Numbered from the stretch's first letter, positions 28,196 through 37,295 are shown. The stretch is DNA of 64,000 nt from an uncultured delta proteobacterium (GCA_963730675.1 CAVSSY010000012.1:99008-163007), one strand, 5' to 3'. Numbers and translations: made by a program. Notes: generated by a model not told the origin, from the sequence alone.

Positions 28196-30550
28196 TCATG
28201 ATCGGCCGAGGAGCCGGCTGTTGCTGACTTGCCTGCCGACCATTTCCCTGATGATCGTGATGGTTTCGTGGGCCGCCTCTTGGGGGTCCAGGGCCGTATC
28301 GGCAATATTGCAGACCAGTTTCGTAATATCATGATTGATTTTCTTGGCCGTCCAGGTCGTGCCCTTGGTAACCGTAATGTAGACGGAATAGGAGTGATGC
28401 ATGGTCCCCGGCCGTTCACCGATGATGTGAAGAATCCCTCGAAAAGCATGGGGATCCGCGTTCTCGAACAGCAGCTCGCCGATCCGGTAGCCGGCCCGGA
28501 CCCGTCCGCCGGTGACCACGATGTTTTTCTCGCTCATGGGTACATTGGCCTCGGCCAGCAATTTCCGCAGTTCATCGACATAGGGCATCAGATGATTTTT
28601 ATCCATTAGGGCCTTGGCGTTCAGGCCGTCGGAGATCACGATCTGGCCCTTGGGAAGATTGGCGCCCCATGAATTTCTCAGCTTTTCCAGTATTTCGATG
28701 GATTCGGGCGTCAGCTTTTCACCGGAGGCAGGCTGGGCGATATAGTCTTCCCGGTCCCTGGACAATGTGCTGACCGGCACGGCATTGGGGATGGTCTTGA
28801 CAAATCCCGGGGTGAACTCGGCCCAGAGGGACACCTTGGCGTCATCGTAATAGGACTTCACTTTGGCTTCGAGCTGCGGGTTGAGATCCCAGAGTTGCTT
28901 GCCGTGGCCGGTGGCCAGATCGACGCCCCGATCCTCGACTTCTTTCATTTTCTTCCGGCCTTCGGCATAGATGGCGTCCTTGGAACGCTTGTCGCCCTTG
29001 GCCTGGCAGTACCGGTAATAGACCCAGAGGGGATCGCCGAAGTGCTCGGTATAGGCGTTGTTGGCATCGACGATCCCGAGCCGTTGATAGAACTCCCACA
29101 TCGCATCGTTGACCTTGTAGCCGAACTTCTCCCGGATGCGCACATGGTCCTGAAAGGCCGTTGAAAGGTAGCTCAACATGGGGTCGTTCTTGGTGGGCAG
29201 CGCAATCAGGTAGGCGGGATTGGCCGGCATGATCTGGTCCTGGCACCAATCCAGGTCGTCCAGGGTGACGTCCATGTGCAAGGTGGAGCAGATATCGAGA
29301 CCGATGGTCAATCCATGCAGTTTCCCCATGGCGATATCCTCCAGGCAGCAGCGCACCAGTTGCTCGCGGGTCTTGAAGACCTCCGGCCCGATGAAACCGG
29401 CCACGTCATTGACATGGAGCCACGCGCCCTGGGACTGCCCTTTTGCCAATTCCATCGCCACCGCCCGGCTGAAGCCGTACTTCCGGGATTCGAGCACCAT
29501 CATGTCCACACCGTTCTCAGCCCCATTGGTGAACTCGGACCCCTGGCCGGTCTCAAAATAGAGCCCGTAGCGTTGGCCTTCCTTGGATTTGGCATACTTC
29601 AAGATCTTATCAATGGTGACATCGAACGTCTGGTTGCATTCATCGGTTCCGGCCAGGCTCTGGAACATCGTTTCGACCGATCCCGGATATTGATCGGCGA
29701 CTTCCGCCTGGACATCGATGTGGGAAAGGACGCACCAGGGGATGATATCGTTCAGCTGGAAGGTGTCGACCACGTCCTTGAGCGCTTCTTCAACGGCCGC
29801 GACACTGGCGACCTGGCTGTCCACGGGGTTGGTCCCGATGACGATGTCGCCGGTGGCATAGGCAAAGGCGTTAAATGTCTGCCACTGGACGTCGTCGGGA
29901 TGGTCGGTGGGAGAGTTGGGCTGGATACGGGCGCCCATATAGCCTTTGGCCCCCATTTGGGTGCCCGGCAGGGGGTTGAATATCTTTCGATCGAGCGCGA
30001 TCAACTCGTCGTTGGTCATCAGTTTCGGGACGCAGCCGATGGTGTCGCTGGTCAGGCCATACATGACGCCTTTGATGTCCGATTCGGATTGGGTCAGGAG
30101 GAATTCCTTGAGCGCCCCCATGGTCCAGTCTTTGACCTTCTCGTACTGGGCCTGGTCCGTGGTCTTCCAGAGCAACTTCTGCAAATCGTCCACAAACACG
30201 GGATGGGCATAGAGATCCTTGATCGTCGTATTGGCCAGAAGCTCCCGGGCGATGTTCCGGGTGGCGTCATCCCTGGCGCCCACCCCGATGGTCAGATCGC
30301 CTTCCTTGAAATCGTTGGCGGCGCCGATCACCTGCTGATAGAGCGTCTGATCGAATTTCCCTTTTGTGCGCTTGATATAGGCAAAAACGTCCTCGCCCTT
30401 CTTCATCTCCTGAAGTTTAACAGGCTCGGCAAGGGCTCGCCTCGCAGCCAGCGACAAACCTGCAAGGGCAGCGCCGGCAGCACCCATCATAACAAGAAAC
30501 GTTCGACGGTGAATGCCTTCATGCTCATTCGGCAACCAATTCTTATCCAT
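28196..30550 (-). CDS. ethanolamine ammonia-lyase-like EutB-EutC fusion protein with twin-arginine (Tat) signal peptide
   Basis: N-terminus MDKNWLPNEHEGIHRRTFLVMMGAAGAALAGLSLAARRALA/EP. EutB blocks LYFETGQGSEF, VAGFIGPEVF, LEDIAMGKLHG. EutC blocks IVISDGLNAKA, GGRVRAGYRIGELL, IIGERPG. ATG 30548-30550 has AAAGGGGA upstream. Confidence 0.85.
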   Translation of the reverse strand: MDKNWLPNEHEGIHRRTFLVMMGAAGAALAGLSLAARRALAEPVKLQEMKKGEDVFAYIKRTKGKFDQTLYQQVIGAANDFKEGDLTIGVGARDDATRNIARELLANTTIKDLYAHPVFVDDLQKLLWKTTDQAQYEKVKDWTMGALKEFLLTQSESDIKGVMYGLTSDTIGCVPKLMTNDELIALDRKIFNPLPGTQMGAKGYMGARIQPNSPTDHPDDVQWQTFNAFAYATGDIVIGTNPVDSQVASVAAVEEALKDVVDTFQLNDIIPWCVLSHIDVQAEVADQYPGSVETMFQSLAGTDECNQTFDVTIDKILKYAKSKEGQRYGLYFETGQGSEFTNGAENGVDMMVLESRKYGFSRAVAMELAKGQSQGAWLHVNDVAGFIGPEVFKTREQLVRCCLEDIAMGKLHGLTIGLDICSTLHMDVTLDDLDWCQDQIMPANPAYLIALPTKNDPMLSYLSTAFQDHVRIREKFGYKVNDAMWEFYQRLGIVDANNAYTEHFGDPLWVYYRYCQAKGDKRSKDAIYAEGRKKMKEVEDRGVDLATGHGKQLWDLNPQLEAKVKSYYDDAKVSLWAEFTPGFVKTIPNAVPVSTLSRDREDYIAQPASGEKLTPESIEILEKLRNSWGANLPKGQIVISDGLNAKALMDKNHLMPYVDELRKLLAEANVPMSEKNIVVTGGRVRAGYRIGELLFENADPHAFRGILHIIGERPGTMHHSYSVYITVTKGTTWTAKKINHDITKLVCNIADTALDPQEAAHETITIIREMVGRQVSNSRLLGRS

Positions 30551-30748
30551 AACGTATCCCCTTTTGATTAGAGGTGCTAAATCCAATTTTCCTTGGTGCT
30601 GCCCTTTGTCAGAGCCGTCTCCAGCGGACCTTGGGTGACCTATTAGCCCTCATCGTTTCAACATTGCCAATTTTATCTGTTGACGACGTCCGTTGCCTGG
30701 CATCCTTAGTAGAATTCCCTGCAGCACAAGACCTGGGCTTTCTCCCGG

Positions 30749-31915
30749 CTACCCGAGCCGTGTGCCTTCTACCTCGAGCCCACCGCCTTGAGGAAGCTTG
30801 CTCCAGCTTCTTTTTTCCCATTCTTCCTTGAGCACTTCCGTCGCCGCCTGCTCCAGGAACTCCGGAGCTGCCCATTCATCCACATCAAAGTCGTTCTTGA
30901 TGTAGCCGTGGCTCTTCATGAAATCCTTTCCGATCTTGACGCACTGCAGGTTCTGCGCACTCAGGCTCGGCACCATGTCGACGTCCTTGATCCCCCGGTA
31001 GGTGTGCTCGGCGTCCAGGTAGAACGTCTGCCGGTTAAGGATTTCTGCGGCGGCGTGCTTGTTCCTGTTTGCCCAGCGGCCGACCTTGATCATGGCCTTC
31101 ATGTAAGCGACGACCAGCTCAGGGTGTTCCTTGGCCATCACGTCGGTACAGGTGATGACGGCGGGAGTGTTGGCAACCTGCACGGTCCAGTCAGGGTGCT
31201 TGGACAGGTCGAAGATGGCCTTAATTTCGCCCGTGGCCTCCGAAAGCTGTCCTAATTGTCCCATCTGGTTGTAGATGGCATCAACGGTTCCGTCGAGCAG
31301 TGCCTTTTCCAATGGCCGGAAGGCATAATCGTGCTTGTGGTCACGGCGCATCCACAGCTCGGATGGGTTGTTCATGGGCGGGACCAGCATCTCGGGCTTG
31401 TCGTACCAGTCATCCGGGTACGGAAACTCGACAAGCTCAATCTCATCCACGGTCATGTCGTTTAACATCAGAATATTCTCGATGCCCATGTGCTCCTGGA
31501 TGCGCCACCAGTCGTTCTTGATAGTGTTCAGGCTTTTGGTGATGCCGATCTTCGTGCCCTTCAGATCCTTTACACGGAAGATCTTGTCGCGGGCGCGTAC
31601 CTGCATCACCCCTCCCTCGTAGACCCACGTCGACCCAAGCAGTACGGTGCGGCGGAGGTCGGCGTGCACCTGGATCGGCGGGTACAGGCCACCGAAGCGG
31701 ATGAGGTTGTCGAGATTATGGATGTAGTGCGGGTACCAGTTGTTCTCGGGTGCGTGACGGAAGTAGGCGTACTCGACGCCGATCTTCTTGTACTCCTCGC
31801 GGCACCAGCCCAGTTCCTGGTCGACATTGTTGGCGGATACCATGGGGCAGTTGGTGAACCACACCTCTTTCCAATTCAATGCCACTGTTGTACTCACGCG
31901 TTTCTGTTGGGTCAT
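30749..31915 (-). CDS. NMT1/SsuA-fold protein without signal peptide, DszB (2-hydroxybiphenyl-2-sulfinate desulfinase)-like
   Basis: 388 aa, no signal peptide. FTNCPMVSA, IRFGGLYPPI and C-terminal DEWAAPEFLEQA resemble (from memory) DszB YSNCPVPNA, TRFGGEIPPL and DQWAAPEFLNNS. Confidence 0.45.
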   Translation of the reverse strand: MTQQKRVSTTVALNWKEVWFTNCPMVSANNVDQELGWCREEYKKIGVEYAYFRHAPENNWYPHYIHNLDNLIRFGGLYPPIQVHADLRRTVLLGSTWVYEGGVMQVRARDKIFRVKDLKGTKIGITKSLNTIKNDWWRIQEHMGIENILMLNDMTVDEIELVEFPYPDDWYDKPEMLVPPMNNPSELWMRRDHKHDYAFRPLEKALLDGTVDAIYNQMGQLGQLSEATGEIKAIFDLSKHPDWTVQVANTPAVITCTDVMAKEHPELVVAYMKAMIKVGRWANRNKHAAAEILNRQTFYLDAEHTYRGIKDVDMVPSLSAQNLQCVKIGKDFMKSHGYIKNDFDVDEWAAPEFLEQAATEVLKEEWEKRSWSKLPQGGGLEVEGTRLG

Positions 31916-32051
31916 GGTTAACTCCCTTCTGGTGAAGTTCCCGGGCTACAGCCGCAGGCTGTGGCTTTCCCGGTCTTTGTCGTTGCGTTCGTCATAGTCA
32001 CACGCCGCAAGTTATTCTGTTGCTCATTACCGGAACAGTGGTGACCAGAGC

Positions 32052-32121
32052 TTCTTTAAAGACAGGCCCGACCGTCTGGGCCTACCTGATTGATACTCTT
32101 TCCGCTGCCAGATATCCCAGG
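32052..32121. repeat. direct repeat, copy 1 (TTCTTTAAAG.C.GGCCCGACCG ... TTTCCGCTGCCAGATATCCCAGG)
   Basis: Matches 33803-33872 in two blocks (about 20/22 and 24/25 nt) separated by a variable spacer. In the analogous minus-strand frame it reads ..DRRNLGYLAAERVSIR*. Confidence 0.7.
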
Positions 32122-32167
32122 TTCCTCCGATCGAATACCGGATCTGGATGAACCTTTTTCGGCGCTA

Positions 32168-32881
32168 TCAATACCCCGATGGCGGGTCACTGACCATGTA
32201 AACGACGGTACCGCTCTCGTAACCGCGGCTGTACCATGTGGTCCCGCATTGGTAGAAGATGGCACCGTTGACGGTCACCGTCGTTGCGGAACAGGGGAGC
32301 ACCGTCACGGTGTTCACATAGACGGTGTGTGAATGATAGTCGTCCTCCCTGTTCGCCCTGACAGCGGCTCCCACGGCGGCCCCGACAACAAACGCCGCCG
32401 CCTCGTCGTTATGGTGGTGCCAGTGGTTGTCCCAATCGCCCTCATCCTCGATAAAGTCCTGCCGGTCCTCCCGGTTTTGATTCTGGTGGTCCTGCCAGTC
32501 TTCGCGGGCATCATCGCGATTGCCCTCCCGATTCCCCTGTCGATCGCCGCCGGCTTCCTGTCGCTGCCCCTGGCGTTGAGATGCTGTTTCCCGCTGGCCG
32601 GCTGATGGCTGTGCTTGGCGCTGTGACACTTTTGCCTGACTGGTCGAGGGCTGCGCTTTGCGCTGCGAGACTCCCGCCTGACTGGCTGTTGGTCGTGACG
32701 CCGAGCGGGACGAGAAGCTGCCGCCACTGGCGGCGCTGCTGCGTGAGAAACCGCCTCCGCCGGAACGACCACCACCACCCCGCCCGCCACCTCGGCCGGC
32801 TTCGGCCATGCCGGAAAAGGTGGTCACAACCAGGAACATTGCTCCGATAAACAGTGCGAACGCTTTAAACTTGGGCGTCAT
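32168..32881 (-). CDS. secreted low-complexity (Gly/Arg/Ser/Gln-rich) protein with conserved C-terminal domain
   Basis: Start MTPKFKAFALFIGAMFLVVTTFSGMAEA, with AAAGGAGA upstream and an ATGA overlap with the DUF2092 gene. GRGGGRGGGGRSGGGG and QAxVSQRxAQPS repeats; C-terminus YQCGTTWYSRGYESGTVVYMVSDPPSGY. Confidence 0.6.
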   Translation of the reverse strand: MTPKFKAFALFIGAMFLVVTTFSGMAEAGRGGGRGGGGRSGGGGFSRSSAASGGSFSSRSASRPTASQAGVSQRKAQPSTSQAKVSQRQAQPSAGQRETASQRQGQRQEAGGDRQGNREGNRDDAREDWQDHQNQNREDRQDFIEDEGDWDNHWHHHNDEAAAFVVGAAVGAAVRANREDDYHSHTVYVNTVTVLPCSATTVTVNGAIFYQCGTTWYSRGYESGTVVYMVSDPPSGY

Positions 32882-33714
32882 TGTTGATCTCCTTTCGGCA
32901 TGGGCAGGGAACCCTTCTGGCGCACGGGGGCCAGGAACGGGATCTGCTCCGCACTTGCCGTCGGGTTGAATGCAAAACTGTTTGCGGCAACCTTGGGCGA
33001 TAGGTCCCAATCCAACAAATCGGCCCGAAACTGAGGGTCTCCCGGCGCATTCTTGTAGGTCAGGATGATCCGACGCGGCAACGGCTGCTCGCCCTGAGCG
33101 ATCCATATTTGCAAATCGACATCCGCGGAACGGACCGCCAGGTGGTCGGTGGGGACGTCGAAGAGGAAATTTTCTTCCACGTAATCGATGGATGTCACCT
33201 TCTTCTTCATATCCTTTGGAAAGCTGGTAAGGAACATCCGCGCCAGGGGCAGGGTAATCTGAAGATCCCTGACCAGATAGACAATGGCATCATCCACCGT
33301 GCCGGCTTTTTCCACGCGGGCGTATACATTGTCGTCGGCCTTGAAGACAGTGAGGCTCTCGCCGTCGAACAGGACCAGTCCCCGATCGCCGTCGCTGCGT
33401 TCGGCATCTACTCGCAAACGGTCAGGACGTTGAAGCAGCACCTGGTGCTTCCCGCCGAACTCGATCCGCTGGCCGTTGGGCTGGATCGCATCGTAGCCGC
33501 TGCGAATGGTCACGCTGAAAACCCGCGCCTTGGCGATGAAGTCAGCCATTTTATAAAAAATCGCCGTTGCTTCCGGATCCTGTTCCGCCGAGGTTGCCGC
33601 CGGCATCTTATCGGCAGCCAGCGCCGGGCCTGCGCCGAGTGCCAGAACAACCGCCAAGGCTGAAAATACGACCCACAGCGGACCAATAAGTCCGAAACGT
33701 ATGATCGGTTTCAT
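32878..33714 (-). CDS. DUF2092-like periplasmic protein (LolA-like fold)
   Basis: Signal peptide ...GAGPALA. Sequence pattern (FSVTIRSGYDAI...RLRVD...LFDGESLTVF) recalls DUF2092. Confidence 0.6.
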   Translation of the reverse strand: MKPIIRFGLIGPLWVVFSALAVVLALGAGPALAADKMPAATSAEQDPEATAIFYKMADFIAKARVFSVTIRSGYDAIQPNGQRIEFGGKHQVLLQRPDRLRVDAERSDGDRGLVLFDGESLTVFKADDNVYARVEKAGTVDDAIVYLVRDLQITLPLARMFLTSFPKDMKKKVTSIDYVEENFLFDVPTDHLAVRSADVDLQIWIAQGEQPLPRRIILTYKNAPGDPQFRADLLDWDLSPKVAANSFAFNPTASAEQIPFLAPVRQKGSLPMPKGDQQ

Positions 33715-33802
33715 TGCTGCGTTCCTTTCTTATCTTCCTTCGACATCATCACTTTCCCCCTTTCATTCGGTTTCGCGCAACCGTACTGGCGGTGATGGCG
33801 GT

Positions 33803-33872
33803 TTCTTTAAAGTCCGGCCCGACCGCACAGCTCCATCGGCCGGATTACTTTTCCGCTGCCAGATATTCCAGG
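33803..33872. repeat. direct repeat, copy 2; overlaps the 3-prime end of the Fe-S protein gene
   Basis: See 32052-32121. Here the minus-strand frame encodes the genuine C-terminus ..EERRLEYLAAEK*. Confidence 0.7.
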
Positions 33873-34987
33873 CGCCGCTCTTCCCATTCCGCCATGCTGG
33901 TGGGCGTATGGAACCACTCTTCCGCAGACACCGGCTCAAGCTCGATGGCATCGGTTGGGCAGCCAGTCACGCAGACGCCGCATCCGATGCACTTTGCTCT
34001 TTCAACCAGTGATTTATTTTCATTCTTCGCATCTTCAGTGATGGCCTCGGCCGGGCATCGCTCGATGCACGCACCGCAGACTATGCATTCATCCGGATCG
34101 ATGACGGCACGGTAGTTCGATCTCTGCGCCCCCTCTGACACACCGGCGAGTTTCTGACCGTGAAGCACCCCGCAGCAGCAACCGCAGCAGTTACAAGTAC
34201 CGACAAACTGAGGCGTCTCCGCTTCCATGACGTAGCCATAGACCGCGAGGTGAATGTGCCCCATCTGCTCGAGTTCACCAAAAAGTTTTAACGCCGCCTC
34301 CCGGTCAAGTACGTTTTCCGAAAGTGGCGTCTGGGGTGGGACGCCTACAAAACCGCAACGCTTCATCGGCATATCGCAACTGTGGCCGTGCAATAACTCC
34401 CTCTCCCTTTTACATACGCAGGGCAACACCACAAATCGTTCGTGCCGTTTGAAATGCGCATCGATGTCGAGGTGGGACTCCATCACGGCCATCTGCTCCG
34501 GCTTGAGCGAGCCGCGCACCGGAACGACGCCCAGTACGCCGGGTCGCGGTGATAATATCCGCTCGCCACCGCCCTCGATCACGTATTGCTCGAAGAGCTC
34601 GGCAAATTCCTTGCCCAGCAGCCGCATATTGGCTTCGTACCAGCCCACCAGGAACGGGCCCAGCCGGTACTTCTTCGCGCCATCGACCTGAAGCGTCACG
34701 CCGGGAAGTGCATGTCCGGGTGCGTCCAAGCGAACCAGGCGCCGGGGTATCAGGCTTTCGCACAACACCGTTACGTCGGCCTCATCCATGCCGACCCGCT
34801 TCGCAATTTCGGCAGCGGTCTCGGGAAATCGGGTCAATTGGCCGGCAAGAGCAACCTCCTCCGGGCTGAACGCCATCTTAATCAGTTTTATTTCCACCCC
34901 GGATTTCGTCCTGGGAAAACCATGGGGAAGCGCCTCCTGCGCAGCCGCAAGGCGTTCGTAGATATCGACTGTTTCCGTATCGCTCAT
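33845..34987 (-). CDS. 4Fe-4S dicluster domain protein with Cys-rich CNCCGCCCG motif
   Basis: 380 aa. Contains VLPCVCK, GTCNCCGCCCGVLHG, and two ferredoxin motifs CIVCGACIERCP and CIGCGVCVTGCP. Confidence 0.8.
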   Translation of the reverse strand: MSDTETVDIYERLAAAQEALPHGFPRTKSGVEIKLIKMAFSPEEVALAGQLTRFPETAAEIAKRVGMDEADVTVLCESLIPRRLVRLDAPGHALPGVTLQVDGAKKYRLGPFLVGWYEANMRLLGKEFAELFEQYVIEGGGERILSPRPGVLGVVPVRGSLKPEQMAVMESHLDIDAHFKRHERFVVLPCVCKRERELLHGHSCDMPMKRCGFVGVPPQTPLSENVLDREAALKLFGELEQMGHIHLAVYGYVMEAETPQFVGTCNCCGCCCGVLHGQKLAGVSEGAQRSNYRAVIDPDECIVCGACIERCPAEAITEDAKNENKSLVERAKCIGCGVCVTGCPTDAIELEPVSAEEWFHTPTSMAEWEERRLEYLAAEK

Positions 34988-35029
34988 TGATCATCCCCTT
35001 CGCATATTGTTTTCCTGTGCGGAAAAATG

Positions 35030-36001
35030 TCATTTCTTATCATTGTCTATCCTCCCGCTGCGTCCAAACGATTCGTCGATGATGGTCTGTAACCGTTGAA
35101 CCAAATCATCGGACGGGGTTTTGTAATCGTCCAGTTCATACACCACGCCCAGCATCTCGTACTTGCCCAGGCCGAAGCGGTGATACGGCAGCAGCTCGTA
35201 GTCGATCACATTCTTGTGCGGGCGTATGAATTTCAACACCGCCCGGATGTGCGCCTCATCGGCGTTTACGCCGGGGATCAGCGGCGTGCGGGCGATGAAG
35301 TCGATGTCGGGAAACGTATCGTAGGCTTTTTTGAAGTTCGCCAGGATCCGCTTGTTCTCCGCCCCGGTCCACTTCTTGTGCCGCTCCGGGATCGTCAGCT
35401 TGTGGTCGTGCAGCATCGTATCCACGTGAGGCAGTACCTTTTCCAGATTGGCCCACGGCACATTGCAGGCGGTTTCGATGGCCGTATTGATGCCGCGCTT
35501 GTGCGCGCCTTCCAGCAATGCGGCGCTGAAGTCCGGCTGCAGTAAACACTCGCCGCCGCTCAGGGTAATCCCGCCCCCGGTATTGCGATAGAAGGAGCTG
35601 TCCTTCTCCACCTCGTCCAGCACTTCGTCCACCGTCATTCGTTTGCCGAACATCTCGAGCGCGCCTGTCGGACAGAGCGAGGCATGGGTCTCGTCGCAGT
35701 CCATGGCCAGCTGCCAGTTGACCTTCACGTGGTCATCGTCGCCCTCCACGAAGTAGAAAGCGCCTTCCGGAAAAGGTGGCTCCAGGCAGAGGCCGCACTT
35801 CCTGCCGGTGCACTTTTTGGGATCGTAGGCAATTTCGGGCTTTATCCGGATGCTTTCGGGATTGCCGCACCATTTGCAGCGCAGCGAGCACCCTTTCAGG
35901 AAAACCGTCGTTCGGATGCCAGGGCCGTCATGGCTGCAATAGCGTTGGATATTCAGCACGGTGCCTGTTATTTCGGCTGGTTTTTTGGGTTGCTTCTTCA
36001 T
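35030..36001 (-). CDS. glycyl-radical enzyme activating protein (radical SAM, with auxiliary ferredoxin-like insert)
   Basis: CSHDGPGIRTTVFLKGCSLRCKWCGNPES (CX3CX2C) followed by extra Cys clusters (CTGRKCGLC, CDETHASLCPTG). 323 aa. Confidence 0.9.
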   Translation of the reverse strand: MKKQPKKPAEITGTVLNIQRYCSHDGPGIRTTVFLKGCSLRCKWCGNPESIRIKPEIAYDPKKCTGRKCGLCLEPPFPEGAFYFVEGDDDHVKVNWQLAMDCDETHASLCPTGALEMFGKRMTVDEVLDEVEKDSSFYRNTGGGITLSGGECLLQPDFSAALLEGAHKRGINTAIETACNVPWANLEKVLPHVDTMLHDHKLTIPERHKKWTGAENKRILANFKKAYDTFPDIDFIARTPLIPGVNADEAHIRAVLKFIRPHKNVIDYELLPYHRFGLGKYEMLGVVYELDDYKTPSDDLVQRLQTIIDESFGRSGRIDNDKK

Positions 36002-36013
36002 TGTTCGGCCCCC

Positions 36014-37183
36014 TTATTTTCCACAGTAAATACCCAGTGAATCGGCAATCTTCAGGAATTCACTGTCGGCAGACACCGTTCTGATTTTGTTGATGGCTTC
36101 CGCCAGCGGTACGAACTTGATCTCCGGAGGAACAAACGCCACCATAGCGCCGCTTTTCCCGGCTTTCAGGGCCTGCAATGCCCCGGCGCCGTAGGCCATC
36201 CCCAGTTGCCGGTCGACGGCGGTTGGTTTCCCGCCCCTGACCCAGGGACCGATCACGAGGGGATAGGTTTCCTCGGCGATCAGCAGCTGCAGCTCCGTTG
36301 CCACGGCCTCGGCGGCCTGGCCTGACCGATGAATGACATGCTCGCTAGCTTCACCGGTTGCCAGCGGCGAAAGCGACGCTTTCAGTGAGGATGGACGCTC
36401 CTTTTTTTGCGCTTTTTTGATGAATTTGGCGCCTTCGGCCACCACCACCAGTCCATAGGGCCTTCGGGGTGAGATCTTGTCTTTCAATCTCCCGGCCAAG
36501 ATTTTAAGGTCGCAGGAAATTTCGGGCATCAGCACGGCATCGGCGCAAGCGGCAATACCGGCCTGCAATGCCACCCATCCGGCCTGCGCTCCCTGTACCT
36601 CCACGACCGCAATTCTGCGGGCCGACTGGGCGGCCTGACGGGCACGGTCGAGCATTTCGATGGTGAAACTCAGCGCGCTGTTAAACCCGAAGGAGACCGC
36701 GGTCGACGCGATATCGTTGTCGATGGACCTGGGAACGCAAACCGCATTGAGACCCTTCCGATGGAGCTTGTAAAGAATGCTCAGGCCCTGCACCCCAACG
36801 ACGGAAATCAATCCATCGATATTTTCCGTCTTCAACCGTTTCAACAATTCATCGGACATGTCCACTTCTTCAACCATGTCGTCCTCATTGACCTGACGCA
36901 CATGAAACGGATCTACCCTGGCCGACTGGCCAAGGACACCCCCGGCGGAGGGATCGAGGTTTTCAATCAGCTGCGGGCTGAGGGTAACCAGTCCGCCATC
37001 GGAGTAGCGCTCCGGGTGCAGCACCCCCTCAAACCCATCCCGGATGCCGACCATCTCCCACCCCATTCTACCGGCCGCCATGGCGGCGCCGGTAATTACG
37101 GCATTTATTCCCGGAACAAAGCCGGCACCCACAATGATGGCAATCCGTCTGTGGAAACTGCCATGTCCTATTTCTGTTGTCAT
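36014..37183 (-). CDS. PfkA-fold (6-phosphofructokinase family) protein with degenerate nucleotide-binding motifs
   Basis: Colinear with E. coli PfkA as I recall it. IAIIVGAGFVPGINA aligns to IGVLTSGGDAPGMNA, VVGVQGLS to IGGDGS, PRSIDNDI to PGTIDNDI, and VVEVQGAQAG to VVEVMGRYCG. Confidence 0.7.
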   Translation of the reverse strand: MTTEIGHGSFHRRIAIIVGAGFVPGINAVITGAAMAAGRMGWEMVGIRDGFEGVLHPERYSDGGLVTLSPQLIENLDPSAGGVLGQSARVDPFHVRQVNEDDMVEEVDMSDELLKRLKTENIDGLISVVGVQGLSILYKLHRKGLNAVCVPRSIDNDIASTAVSFGFNSALSFTIEMLDRARQAAQSARRIAVVEVQGAQAGWVALQAGIAACADAVLMPEISCDLKILAGRLKDKISPRRPYGLVVVAEGAKFIKKAQKKERPSSLKASLSPLATGEASEHVIHRSGQAAEAVATELQLLIAEETYPLVIGPWVRGGKPTAVDRQLGMAYGAGALQALKAGKSGAMVAFVPPEIKFVPLAEAINKIRTVSADSEFLKIADSLGIYCGK

Positions 37184-37295
37184 AATTGACCCCCATTACT
37201 GATTATTTTTGTTTTATCGCTGTGGCTCATATCAAGTAAACTCGGTACGGCATGATCAAAACGTCACGCCGTACCGATCCACTCTCAGTTCAACA

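Noticed and set aside
30587-30748. Possible cobalamin riboswitch upstream of the AdoCbl-type EutBC gene
   Set aside because: I read the minus strand for the B12 box and the GGTGAAA..CC / GCCACTG core and found neither. Only an isolated AGGGAA is present. A covariance-model scan (Rfam RF00174) would be decisive.
32168-33106. 312-aa version of the low-complexity protein ORF, and several alternative-frame ORFs across 32314-32850
   Set aside because: The upstream 75 codons overlap the DUF2092 gene and lack an SD. An ATG with AAAGGAGA and a signal peptide at 32881 fits better. The other frames are artefacts of the repetitive GC-rich sequence.
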